A DNA stretch of 64,000 bases from Pristiophorus japonicus (Eukaryota). Shown one piece after another: positions 23,331 through 35,843 of the stretch. The position numbers and the translations under genes were made by a program. The number at the start of each line of letters is the position of its first letter. Positions within the stretch are counted from its first letter, which is position 1. Below the pieces are notes generated by a model that was given only the letters and a program-made list of their open reading frames with translations, ran no database searches and was not told the DNA's origin. The stretch is taken from the NCBI RefSeq assembly GCF_044704955.1, contig NC_091991.1, forward strand, positions 141,484,001 through 141,548,000. The letters run 5' to 3'.

Positions 23331-24686
23331 TAGTCTCCTCTCTGTCTATGAAGCCTTTTGCAGGTCAAACAAAATTTATTGGAGACAATATAATGTATGC
23401 CAATTAACAGTATTTTATGGCGACAAGCGTTTTCAGTATGCCAAATGTCAGAAATGGATTCCTGCTCTAGAGTAGGGGAGGGAATGGCAAACATTCAGGA
23501 AAACAGCACCAAAGCCCACAAAGTTGTTTTGGAGTTTCTTCTTTTAAGATGATGACTAGGTTTCTATTTCAAGCAAGCATAGTCTCAGTGCTCCAGAATA
23601 CATCTTTGATCTCTATCGACAAGGAAGATCCTATCAAGCCTGAAAACTACAGGGGAATCTTGTATCAGTGGCTATTAAGTTTGCCCTTCAGATGGTCATG
23701 GCATATACTGGATCCCTTGGAGTCTTGCAGTGTCAGAAAAGAACAGACTGGATCTTGTTCCTAAGAAATGTACAGGGTAGGATGTAGATTTATACAATAT
23801 TGCAGAAGGTCATAAGGCTCAAGGGATACCCCCTTACATTGCTTTCGTTAATTATTGATAGGTTATCAACCCATTGCCTCTTCGACTCTCATGAAGCAGC
23901 CCGAAGCTACAACAAAATGTGGCCAAATCTAGAATTTTATTCAGGATATGGACTCCAGATTCATGCAAGGAGACACTTGCTGAACGATCCCTCTTCAAAG
24001 AGGAGTGAGACAAGGTCGTCCACTATCATCTATTCTACTCAATGTCTTAGGCAATAATGGCATCATAGGGGAGCCTTAGAGTGTCTGTTCTGTCACTTCT
24101 GAAAGTATTGTTGCACTTCTTTTCACAGTTGATATTGCATTATTGATGGACTCATCCAGGGATTCAACACACACTGCTCATTATCTTGAACAATAGACTA
24201 ACTAGTGGGATATGGGGGTGAGTGTAGCCAAATATGATATGAAGAGGGAATCTTAAAGGCATTGACTGATAGGTACAAGGGGCATCTAACCCCATTGTTG
24301 ATTCATGTCAGTACCTGATCAGAGTAAATGCACACAACCCTTCAAGGCCACATTGAGAAGGCATGAAGGGCACTTTGTTTTGTCTCCTTCTTAAATAAAA
24401 CCAAAGCTCCAATACACAATGAAATTGTCTCTTTTGAAACAAACAGCAGATAGGATGCATTTTCCCCACTACTGCTCTCCACTAAATTTTTGATGTACTA
24501 TATAGTTTAAAACAGAAGAAAATATAACGTGTCTTTAGATTCATAAGTAAGGGATAATAGCAGGTCACTGGGTATGTGCCTATTTCTACCACTCTTCTAA
24601 TCTTACATATTGTTTAGACCTCTTCAGGATACATGAGAACTGGTTGATGTCGAGATACATCTCCTCCACAGCTCAGTCAGAATTAT

Positions 24687-25970
24687 AGGGTCAAGTTTCG
24701 GCCTGAGTTGTTCCTATTTTTTTGGAGCAACTAGTTTAGAATGGAGTATCTTAGAAATTGCAATTCTCAGCATTTAGTTTGCTCCAGTTCGAGTGAGTTA
24801 GAACAGTTTCATTTTAGAACAGACTTTTTTTTCCAAAAGGGGGCGTGCCCGGCCACTTACACCCGTTTTGCAAGTTTAGGCAGCGAAAACTTACTCCAAA
24901 CTAACTTAGAATGGAGTAAATGTAGATTTTTGTATGCTCAAAAAAACCTTGCCTACACTTAGAAAATCAGGTGTAAGGAAGAGAGAGATTGGGGTGAGCG
25001 AAGTTTACATACATGAAACACATCACTTTTAAAAATAAAGAGCCATCAATAATAAATTATAAATAAATCAAAAAAAAATTAAAAAATTAAAAAATAAAAA
25101 AAAAAATTAAATTTCTACTCACCGACTGCAACACCGGGAGCCCTCCAACAGCGTGCTGGGACGGGGCCCCCCCCAGTGTGTGTCTCTCTGACTGTCTCTA
25201 TTTCTGACAATGAGAGGAGGGGGGGAGAAGGGAGGGGAGAGCGCGCGCGCGCAAAGAGAGGGGAGAGCGGAGAGGGAGGGAGAGAGGAGAGAGAGAGGGA
25301 GAGGGGGTAGAGGGGGGAGGCTGAATGGGTCCGGCCGACAAGAAGAAGCCGGGCCGAAGACTTTGGGTGGGGCCTGCCCCCAGCAAGATGCCGGGAGGGC
25401 AGGCCCCGCCGAAGACGTGGAGGGGTAACGAACCGGACCCTGAAGAGGGGAGGGGGGGGGGGGGGTGGGGGAAAGAGGGGAGCCGGAGCGGAGCAGGAGC
25501 TGCGGGGGGGTTGGGAGCGGCGTGCAGCAGAGCGGGAGCTGAACAGGGGGACGGGCGAGCGGTGTGGGGAGAGCCAGACCGGGAGCAGGAAGCGAGGGGG
25601 GGGGTGGGGTGCCGGAGCCGTAGCAGGACCTCGAGGAGGGAGGTGCAGTCCAGTCTTCACCACCCCAGTGAGCCCATTCGGCCAGGGCTGGGGACTGTGC
25701 GCTTCGGGCCCCTCCCACACAGTATTGGGCACCTGGAGCTACTGCACATGCACGCACACTGTAGCGCGCATGTGCTGAGGTCCTGGCACTGTTTTCAATG
25801 CCGGGACCTGTCTCCGCCCCCCACAGCTTGTGCTGCGCTGCGCCAAGGGCCCGGATCGACCTGAGAGAGGGGAGAATACTAAGATAAGTTTTCAGCATGG
25901 TTTTGAGCGCAGAAATCAGGCGTGGCTCGCGGGGCTGCGCCGTTCTAGGCATGGGCCGAAACTTGACCCC
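24687..25970 (+). mobile_element. Family A TIR element, complete
   Basis: TIR gggtcaagtttcggcc / ggccgaaacttgaccc. tat flanks. G-rich central tract. Confidence 0.85.
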
Positions 25971-26651
25971 TATATATATGGGAGAATTGTTGAGGAAAAA
26001 TATGCTACACAATTTGTGGTGCTAACACAATTTAGAACTGCACATCCAAGCAGCCAATAATTGTATTCTCTCTTCTCCCTCAAAACACACACACACAGAA
26101 AAACCCCTAATGAGATGCACATACCCATTATGACACACCATAATTTTTACATTGTTTTAATTATGCTGGCCTTGTCCTAGTGATGTCAATAATGCCATCT
26201 TGTAGCCATGTTGCTGCGTGTTGTGGTGGTTAATTTTCACATTATGAGCCACTAATATGGATACCTGATTAGTCTTAGAGATGACTTGCCCCGATCTGAA
26301 ATATTATTTTCAAACCTTACAGTATAAAAGCAGAGGTGGAGGAAGGGAGGCATCTGTTGTTTAAATACCTGCTGATTGAGGCAATTCTTCCTGTATTCCA
26401 GCATATGAAGATCAATTTGACAGTAAGAATAACATTGTTAGAAAAATCACGAGCAACAAGACCAACCGCAGGAATAGTGTCTGTTGAAGGTTGGAGTTTC
26501 TGAAAGAAGACCTTCAGTTTTCTATTTCACTTTTTTTTTTAAAAACGCAGTTTGAATCTCAGTTTTAAGAAATTTGTACCCATGAGGTGATGGTGTTGAA
26601 ATTGCTTCAACTAAACTGTTACTTCAACATTGTAAATAAATGGTTCAAACA

Positions 26652-26783
26652 CAATGTTCCCTGTAATTTCTTTTGGCCAGCGTGCACCCTTTAACGGACT
26701 GAGCCGCTCATTCAAAATTCCGCGCATTTGTGGTTTTTTCAATTCAAAAGTCGGCTGCGGCACGCAGCTTAAAGGGAGCATTG
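26652..26783. mobile_element. hAT-like MITE related to 23110
   Basis: TIR caatgttccct / agggagcattg. Confidence 0.6.
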
Positions 26784-27134
26784 TTCACAAGAACTGTAAA
26801 GGGATGGATATCACAGTGCCATGAAATAGTTAAATATTCTGATCCATGTCACACACACATAATGTTTGCAGTGCTAAAAATGTTATGTTCAACATGCTGG
26901 GTACACATAACCACCTAACTGGAAAACTGAATTTGTATTTATTAAGTGACGCCAACAGTTCTGTAATAGTCGAAGCCCTCTACTTCTTCAGAATCAAGTT
27001 TTCTCTACATTGTCTTTAATTTGGGAATTTAAATAAAATCCACTATGCACAAAGATACCAGATTCATTGATAATGTAACAATTCTTTTTTCATACACTTC
27101 ATGACAAGTATTTAAAAAAATCCAAAACCTTTAC

Positions 27135-27244
27135 CTCATGACAGGCAAGATGCACATCTTTAATAATACAGCTGCCACCTGATAGCACAAGTTGTCTAAG
27201 TAAGAGGCAGGCAAGCTCCAATGTAGCCAAACGAATTTTCCCAT
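27135..27244 (-). CDS. CLEC16A: CLEC16A internal coding exon
   Basis: DGKIRLATLELACLLLRQLVLSGGSCIIKDVHLACHE. ctctttacag acceptor, GTAAAG donor. 110 nt, phase 1 to 0. Confidence 0.96.
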
Positions 27245-27520
27245 CTGTAAAGAGAAACAAAATAATAACCCTTACAAGCTCTGGCAACATTTGTTGTGGC
27301 AACTGCAAGTTTTCTATATTCAACATAGTAACATGTTGAGCTGAATCTATTCACCACTATTATACATACCTTTGATCAGGAAATGCTCACCGACTAGTTA
27401 AGTGTCATGTCACACAGCTATTTTTGGAAGTTTTTCCTTGAAAAGGAGCTCAAAGGTCATTGCAAGATTCTCAAGTTTGTTATCAAGACCACTTTAAGGT
27501 AGTTTTTATACCAAGTCAAT

Positions 27521-29033
27521 GGGCTCAATTTTCCCCAGTGATTTGCACCATTTTTTTGGCCTAAGTTTAAAAAAACAGTTTCCTCAATCAACTTGCACCA
27601 GCGTAACTCAGTTACGATTTTTTTTAAGGTACATTTTTTTTTCAAGCCATCCACGCCAATTCTGGCCATTTAGGCAAGTTTGGCGAGCTGAGAGATACTC
27701 CAGTTCCTCTTTGGCCAGAGAATGTGGCCTCTGCAAAAAAACCTTCTGGCGAGTTAAAGAAATCGGTGCAGGTAAGTGCAGCAGCAGGAAAGGCGAGAGA
27801 GAGGTGGGGGGGGCGGGGGAGAGGGGTGGAAGAGAGAGGGGGAGAAGAGAAAGGGTGGAGGGGAAGCCTTTCAGGTGTAGTTTTTTGTGGGGACTGGGAG
27901 GGAGGAAGCCACTCGGCCTGTGATAGGGGCAGGGGAGCAGACCGGTAAGCCCTTCGGCCAGGGCTAGAGGCGGGAGCGCGCATCGGCAAGGCACTCGGGG
28001 CCAGGGTCGGGTTGGGGAGCGGACCGGCAAGCCCTTCGGCCAGGGCTAAGGGCGGGGGACTGGGACTGGCAAGGCACTCTGGCTGTGGGGGGGGGGGGGG
28101 GGGGGGAGCTTGAGCGGCACCGGCAAGGGGCGGGCTAAGCAAACAGATTGACAAGCCCTTCAGCCAGGGCTAGGGTAGCTGGACCGGCTTTAATAATTGG
28201 AGGTAAGTGGCTGCAATATATTTTAATGTGTTTTTAAGTTGATGCAATGTGTTTTAATGGATCTGAAATTCCGATGTCCCAGGTCCATAAGAAGCTCCTA
28301 CGGATCCGGGAAGGCATCGGAAGACGGTTTCCAGCGCACAATGCGCATGCGCTGGAAACCGACAGTTCCGATCCATCAAGTTTTTAGTCTCAACAGATGG
28401 CCGCATCTCGGGAGCGAGGACATTTGCAGGGTAAGATTTCTGATATTTTTTAAAAATGTTTTGTATAGTGTTTGTGCGTTTTGGGCTTTTTCTCATTCAT
28501 AGTATAGGAGATTCGTAACTTACGTATCTCCTATTACTATGAATGAAAAAATACTTACCTGTGATTGGGTATCCAGGCACGTGACTTCTGCGGACGTCCT
28601 GACGTGCACGCGCTGTGCGTCGTTGGGAGAGGAGGCCTGTGAAACGGAAGTACCAATGTGCGCAGCAGCTCCAGGTAAGTGCGCAGTTTATTTCTATTTT
28701 TTCAGGATTTCCCGTGGGAAGCCCTCCTCGAAATTTCAGGGCCAATGTGTTTTTAAATTGATGCGATGTATTTTAATGTGTTGGGAGCTGGCTGTATGTT
28801 TCAACTTTGCACCCTCAGCTCGCATTGTGCACCTGGTTACCATGCCAACCCAATATTTTTAGCGCAGATCAAGGCTCCACCCCAAAACTAAAAGACAGGT
28901 TAGGCCACGCCTAAATGAAAAAAATCCAACGGTGAAACTTAGAACATTTTTGGGGGGGCGTACTTGAGGCCCCAAAAAAACGGGCGTAACTCTTCAAGCA
29001 CGCCAAAAAAATGCTTTGGGGAAAATTGAGCCC
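27521..29033 (+). mobile_element. TIR element related to family A, with a nested family B insert
   Basis: Perfect 17-bp TIR gggctcaattttcccca / tggggaaaattgagccc. Flanks aat/tat. Three internal copies of aagcccttc(g/a)gccagggcta. Confidence 0.85.
28259..28743 (+). mobile_element. Family B-related TIR element nested in 27521-29033
   Basis: TIR ggatctgaaattccg / cgaaatttcagggcc with an exact aat TSD. Confidence 0.8.
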
Positions 29034-30026
29034 TATGTGACCAAGATAAGCAGCTACCAGTATTTACAACACACATTTGTTGTCTTAAAAATAAATGATG
29101 TTATGCTTATTCATGGCAATCTGGATGCAACTGCGCAGAAATGTGGGTGAATGGAAACTGTCCAGGGCTCTTATTTATAAAAATAAGTTAGTCAGTTATA
29201 CTGGCAGAAGTTTGGTGCACACCATCACTAGAAATTTGTACTTCGTCGTTTTGTTAGATGAAACCTACCAAGTTGGATTGGTCACAAGATAAAATCAATA
29301 GGCAGATGGGCTAACAGAATCAAAGACAAGGTCAATGGATGGGTGCCGATTGTGTTCCACTCCAGATCTGTCTCCTGCCCCTGCCCCCTTCTTCAGGAAT
29401 TTGGGGGTTTAAGTGTATAATTCAAAAACATAAGCTAGACATCAGTCATTATATATTTTACATAAAGAAATTGACAGTGCTTGTTAAAGATCAACTAGGC
29501 GCCAGTCATGTGTGTTAATAGTGCATGTAAATTTAGCCTTCCTGGAAATATTGCTACACAATTTTTCAGATTTGAAGATCAACATTTATCATGAATATTA
29601 ATTTTGCTCACATAAGTTTAGAGGCAAACAATACAAATTACAGAATAAACTGGGATAAGGATCATGCAATAAAAATCAAGGGAGGGAAAACTTTGCAGAA
29701 TAAATTCTAGACTACCTTCTACATCAGTTCATTTCCAGTCCAACAAGGAAAGAAATACTGGTTAGGAAATGAAATGAAGTCGGGCAAATAACCGATGTGA
29801 AAATAAGAGTACAATTATGAAATAGAAACCACAACAGTAAGGTGCAATGTACAAACAGAAAAGAATACTTAAGAGTTCAAGAGTGCCGGATTGGAAAAAG
29901 ACAAAGTTCAATGAGTAAGTGAATCTGGTCCAAATTAACTGGGCAGAAAAAAGTTAACAAGCAGAATGAGGAATCAGCAGTGGAAAATCTTCAATTATGA
30001 GATGGACTGGGTACAAAATAGATATA

Positions 30027-30349
30027 CAGGTTCAACGTCCCGAATCGGGAATTGTCCAAAACCCGGACATTTTTGAGGCGACCAAGATGGCGACATCAGG
30101 CAGCGAGAGACGAGGAAACCAGTAACAAATGGAACACCGGAGGGCCGTGGGAATCGGCGAGGGGTGAATTCCAAAATCCGGCACAGATTTGATCTGCGGC
30201 GAGGTCAGAAATCCGGCAAAACCTGAAATCTAGCACAGATTCAGTCCAGAGGATTCCGAATTTCAGACTATTGATTTTCTTGTCCGAAATCCGGCAAAAC
30301 CCAAAAACCGGCACGGCCCGAGGATTCCAGATATCAGATAATTTACTTG
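30027..30349. mobile_element. Tc1/mariner (Tigger-like) MITE inside an old CR1 remnant (about 29850-30660)
   Basis: TA|cagg ... cttg|TA ends. Internal repeats gaaatccggcaaaacc. Confidence 0.6.
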
Positions 30350-31347
30350 TATTCCCAGAAGGTGAAAAAGGAGAGCAACGGATATAATTCCATGGATCAA
30401 GAGAGAGATTAAAACTAATTTGGAATTTAAGAGGGAGACATATGATTAAACTAGGGGTAACAATACTGAAGAAAATAAATGAGAAATATAGAACTGTAGT
30501 GGAGGGGTAATAAAGAGAGATTAGATGGGCTAAAAGAGATGATAAAAGATACAAGATAATATAAAAGGCATAATAAGGACTTTTATAAGCCTAAAAAATC
30601 TAAAAGAATAGTTAGTGATGTCAGGGATGACGGAGGAATTTAGTTGTGGAAGATAAATGATTGTAGAGATTTAAATAAATCCTCCTCCTCACCTTAATGA
30701 TACATTTTGAGAACATAGTTTCTACTTAACAGCACATCTATCCCACAATCTGTCATTTATTGCATGCTTGAGTGTTTAGGAATCATTTAGCCATACTTTG
30801 TTACTAATGATAGCAGTCTTCAAATAACATTCGCAGTAGATCAACTTTTTCCACACACTGTCTCATTCACATTGATACAAAAACAGTTGTAGGACTGGTA
30901 CCCATCCTGTCTGATGTGCTAACCACATTTTATCACCCTCCCTCCATTAACAATTAAGTATGTAGCTCCTCAAAACATGTGCCAAAAATGGAGGAGAGTT
31001 CCTGATTATTCAATTAGCAGTGAGAAGGAGGAAGAAAAGAGTGATGATGAGGGCTCAAATGAATACATTCTATAAATTAATCTATAGCCAGGAAACAAAG
31101 CATTGCCCCAACTACATTTCACTAATTTAAGCAAAGATGTGGTTAATTACGAAATATCTCATTCGCACTAGGAGGATTAGTCACTGACGTTCCTTTTCTT
31201 TTCAAATATGGTAAATATCTCACCCATCTTTCGGTAATTATCAAAAAAAACCTCAGTAGAATTTGGAAAATGCAGCTCCTACTAAGACGTACTCCGCAAT
31301 GTTGATGGTAGTTTCAGACTCTACTTCCCCAGCAATATTTAAAACAT

Positions 31348-31485
31348 TGGCCCTGAATTCCTGGCCTCTACGGGCACGTACAATGTACGCATGCGCCAGT
31401 AGGGGCCCCGCAAGTTCTGGGTTTAGGCATGCAAAGCACATGCGCTTAAACACGAAATTTGCAATCCGTCAAGAATCCTCTTGTA
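31348..31485 (+). mobile_element. Truncated left arm of a family B element
   Basis: ggccctgaattcc terminus followed by gcatgcg palindromic motifs like those at 9528 and 28259. Confidence 0.5.
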
Positions 31486-31819
31486 TTCTATTGTTTTGGC
31501 TGTATAGTTTGACAAACTATTCGTTTTGTTGGGTCAACATGTTGAGCGTTGAATTTACAAAGACTACTTGGACAGATCAGTTTTTTCTTCTTTTGGTTTT
31601 CACACTTCCCTGAAACTGGTGACTTCATATTGCAGTACAGTTTCATAGACACAAGCAACCTTACTCCACCTTGAACAAATGGCCAATCTTCATTGTGAGA
31701 AGGAGTATCAGCATGGTTTCAACCATGTAGATCACCGCAACCAAGCCCAACATGTCCTCTGTTGGCATCCACACATAAACTAGGATCAAGATGTGTATGA
31801 CATATAAAAAGGTATTCAA

Positions 31820-32475
31820 AAAGGCGCTGAGCACCTAGAGTCTGGTTGCCGAGAGCATGCAGAAAACAAGCACAGGTAGCGGAAGGAGCGGCGGCAAATC
31901 AGTCCCACCCACTCTTTCCTTCAACGACTGTCTGTCCCACCCGTGATGGACTGTAATTCCCATATTGGACTGTTCGGTCACCTAAGAACTCACTTCTTGA
32001 GTGGAAGCAAGTCTTCCTCGATTTCGAGCGACTGCCTATGATGATGATGATTCATAATGGAAATGCAAATTTGCTTAGGGATTCATAATCCCTAAACAAA
32101 TGCTTTATGTGGAGCTCCTTCATGGTAAACGAGCCAAAGGAGGACAGCGGAAACATTATAGGGACACCCTCAAAGCCTCGCTGGTAAATTCCGACGTCAC
32201 CACTGACACCTGGGATACCCTGGCCGCAAACCACCCGAGGTGGAGAAAGTCCCTCCGGGAAGACGTTGAGCTCTTCGAGTCTCAGCACAAAGAGCATGGA
32301 GAGGCCAAGCGCAGAAGAAGCGTGCGGCAAACCAGCCCCACTGACCTCTTCTCTCGACGAATGTCTGTCCCACCCGTAACAGGGTCTGTGGCTCTTGTAT
32401 CAGACTGTTCAGCCATCAAAGAACTCACTTTGGGAGTGGAAGCAAGTCCTCCTCGATTCCGAGGGACATTGATTA
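31820..32475 (+). mobile_element. Two adjacent RTE 3' end fragments
   Basis: Two copies of the gtggaagcaagtc...cctcgatt tail. The first ends in (atg)n at about 32050. LYVELLHGKRAKGGQRK. Confidence 0.85.
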
Positions 32476-32629
32476 TGACATTGAGACATGAACACATCAT
32501 GACTTAAGTGCCATGTAAAACCTCCACTGTAATCTATATTAAAAACAACATAGACAAGAAGTGTCTATTTTGTCTATGTGGGCAACTTGGGTCTGTATCA
32601 CGGAGCCTTACAAGTCAGACATATACGTA

Positions 32630-32815
32630 TCCCTCAATCAACATAACAGATTATCTGGTCATTACCACATTGCTGTTTACGGGAGGTTGCTGTGCACAAA
32701 TTGGCTGCCGCGTTTCCTACATTACAATAGTTACCAAACTTTAAATGTACTTCTTTGGCTGTAAAGCGCTTTGGGCATTGAGGTCATGAAAGGCACTATA
32801 TATATGCAAGTCTTT
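32630..32815 (+). mobile_element. Deu-type SINE 3' part (another copy at about 36950-37130)
   Basis: Reverse complement of the 3' half of 15625-16060. Confidence 0.65.
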
Positions 32816-33151
32816 TTAAAAAAATCGTTGATACTAACAGATCTTGTTGTTAGATTTAGGATTTGCCATTTTCTTTTATTCATTCATGGGATGTGGGTGT
32901 CGCTGGCAAGGCCAGCATTTATTGTTCATCCCCAATTGCCCTTGAGAAGTGGTGAGCCGCAGTCTTGATGTAGTCCATGTGGTGAAGGTACTCCCACCGT
33001 GCTGTCAGGGAGAGAGTTCCAGAATTTTGACCCAGCGACGAAGAAGGAACGATGATATATTTCCAAGCCAGGATGGTGTATAACTTAGATGGGAATTTGC
33101 AGGCAATTGTGTTCCCATGTGCCTGCTGCCCTTGTCCTTCGAGGTGGTAGA

Positions 33152-33290
33152 TCTTTCCGGGCCGGGCCACTGCATGTTGCTCCCTCTAATGGAATATTAG
33201 GTCCTTCATTGAAACACCTGTGAACTCATCCCTTTTTGGCGTGGGATCAAGTCATCTTCGTTTTGAGGGACTGCCTATGATGATGATGAT
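33152..33290 (+). mobile_element. RTE-tailed short retroposon inserted in the LINE
   Basis: gagggactgcctatgatgatgatgat tail. TSD gaggtggta at 33141 and 33291. Confidence 0.8.
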
Positions 33291-35329
33291 GAGGTGGTAA
33301 AAGTCACAGGTTTGGGAGGTGCTGCAGTGCATCTTTGGTATACTGCAGCCATGGTGTGCCAGTGATGGAGGGACTGAATGTTTAAGACAGTGGATGAGGT
33401 GCCAATCAAGTGGGCTGCTTTGTCCTGGATGGTGTCGAGCTTCTTGAGCATTGTTGGAACTGTACTCATCCAAGCATGTGGAGAGTATGCCAGCACATGC
33501 CTGGTTGTGCCATGTACATGGTAGAAGTAAGGAGGTGCGGCACTCGCTGCATAATATCCAGCCTCTGACCTGCTCTTGTTGCCACAGTATTTATGCGGTT
33601 GGGCCAGTTAAGTTTCTGGTCAATGGTTACCCTCAGAATGTTAATGGTAGGAGATTCAGTTATAATGAATGTCAAGGGGCGGTGGTTAGACTCTTGCCAC
33701 TTATCAGCCCAAGCCTGAATGCCACACAGGTCTTGCTGCATGCAGGCATGGACTGCGCCATTATCTGAGGAGTTATGAATGGAATTGAACACTGTGCAAT
33801 CAGCAGCAAACACCCCCACTTCTGACCTTATGATGGAGGGAATGTCACTGATGAAGCAGCTGAAGGCTAGAACATTACCCTGAGGAACTCCTGTAGCAAT
33901 GTCCTGGGACTGAGACGATCGGCCTCCTACAGCCACAACCATCTTTACTTTGTGCTCAGTATGACTCCAGCCAGTGGAGAGTTTTCCTCCTGATCCCCAT
34001 TGACTTCAGTTTTACAAGGGCTCCTTGATGCCACTCTTGGTGAAATGCTGCCTTGATGTCAAGGGCAGTGACTCTCACCTCACCCCTGGAACTCAGCTCT
34101 TTTGTTCATGTTTGGACCAATGAGGTCTGGTACCAAATGTTCCTGGCGGAACCGAAACTGAGCATCAGGGAAAAGGTTGTTGGTGAGTAAGTGCCGCCTG
34201 ATAGCACTGTCGATTATACTTCCATCACTTTGCTGATGATTGAGAGTAGACAGATGGGGCGGTAATTGGCCAGATTGGATTGGTCCTGCTTTTTGTGGAC
34301 AGGTCATACCTGGGCAGTTTTCCCACATTGTCAGGTAGATGCCAGTATTGTGGTGTATCTGGAACGGCTTGGCTAGAGGAGCGGCTAGTTCTGGAGCACA
34401 AGTCTTCAGCACAACAGCCGGGATACTGTCAGGGCCCATAGCCTTTGCTGTATCCAGTGGGCTCAGCCATTTCTTGATATCACGTGGAGTGAATTAAATT
34501 GGCTGAAGTCTGACTTCTGTAATGGTAGGGACATCAAGAGAAGTCTGATATGGATCATCCACTCGGCACTTCTGGCTGAAGATAGTTGCAAACATTTGAG
34601 TCTTGTCTTTTGCACTTGTGTGCTGGGCTCTGCCACCATTGGGGATGAAGCCTCCTCCTCCCGTTAGTCACTTAATTGACCACCATCATTCACGACTGGA
34701 TGTGGCAGGACTGCAGAGCTTTAATCTGATCCGTTGATTGTGGGATCGCTTAGCTCTGTCTATAGTATGCTGCTTCCAATGTTTAGCATGCATGTAGTCC
34801 AGTGTTGCCGCTTCCCCAAGTTGGCACCTCATTTTTAGGTAACCAGGTGCTGCTCCTGGCATGCTCTTCTGCACACATTGATCTCTGGCTTGATGGTAAT
34901 GGTAGAGTAAGGAATATGCCAGGCCACGAAGTTACAGATTTTGGTGCAATACATTTCTGCTGCTGTTGATGGTCCGTAGCACATCATGGATGCCCAGTCT
35001 TAAGCTTCTAGATCGGTTCTGAATTTATCCCACTTAGCACGGTGCCACACAACACGATGAAGAGTGTCCTCAGTGTAAAGATGGGACTTGGTCTCCACAA
35101 AGACTGTGTGGTGGTCACTGCTACAAGGGGGTCATGGACAGATGCAACTACAATAGGTAGATTGGTGAGGACGAGGTCAAGTATATTTCTTCCTTGTGTT
35201 GGTTCTCTCAACACCTGCTGAAGGCCCATGGCCCAGCCATGTCCTTCAGGACTCAGCCAGTTTGGTTAGTAGTGGTGATAGCGAGCCACTTTTGGTGATG
35301 GACACTGAAGACCCCCACCCAGAGTACAT

Positions 35330-35843
35330 TAAAGATTTGAGTACAAAAGTAAAGATGTCTTACTGCAATTATATCGAGCCCTTGCGAGACAGCACCTGGA
35401 GTATTGTGTACAGTTTTGGTCTCCTTAACTAAGGAAAGATATTGAGGGAGTTCAATGAAGGTTCACCAGACTGAACATATAAAATTATTACAAAGCTTGA
35501 CAGGGTTGATGCAGGGAGGATGTTTCCTCTGGCTGAGGTGTCTAGAACCAGGGGTCACAGTCGTAGAATAAGGGGTCAGCCATTTAGGACTGAGATGAGG
35601 AGAAACTTCTTCACTCAGAGGGTGGTGAATCTTTGGCATTCTATACCCCAGAGGGCTGTGGAGGCTCAGTCTTCGAGTATATTCAAGCAGAAATCGATAA
35701 ATTTTTGGATATTAAGGGAATCAAGGGATATGGGGATAGTGCAGGAAAGCGTCGAGGTAGAAGATCAGCCATGATCTCATTGAATGGCGGAGCAGGCTCG
35801 AGGGGCCAAATGGCCTACTTCTGCTCCTAATTCTTGTTCTTAT
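35330..35843 (+). mobile_element. CR1 3' fragment inserted in the LINE
   Basis: RTRGHSRRIRGQPFRTEMRRNFFTQRVVNLW plus 3' UTR. TSD gtacat at 35324 and 35844. Confidence 0.88.

Noticed and set aside
25115-26012. Long Pro/Gly-rich ORFs (205-297 aa), with similar ones at 631-967, 27608-28154, 38153-38728 and 51804-52317
   Set aside because: By-products of GC-rich, low-complexity MITE interiors. Frames are not conserved between copies and there is no transposase motif.
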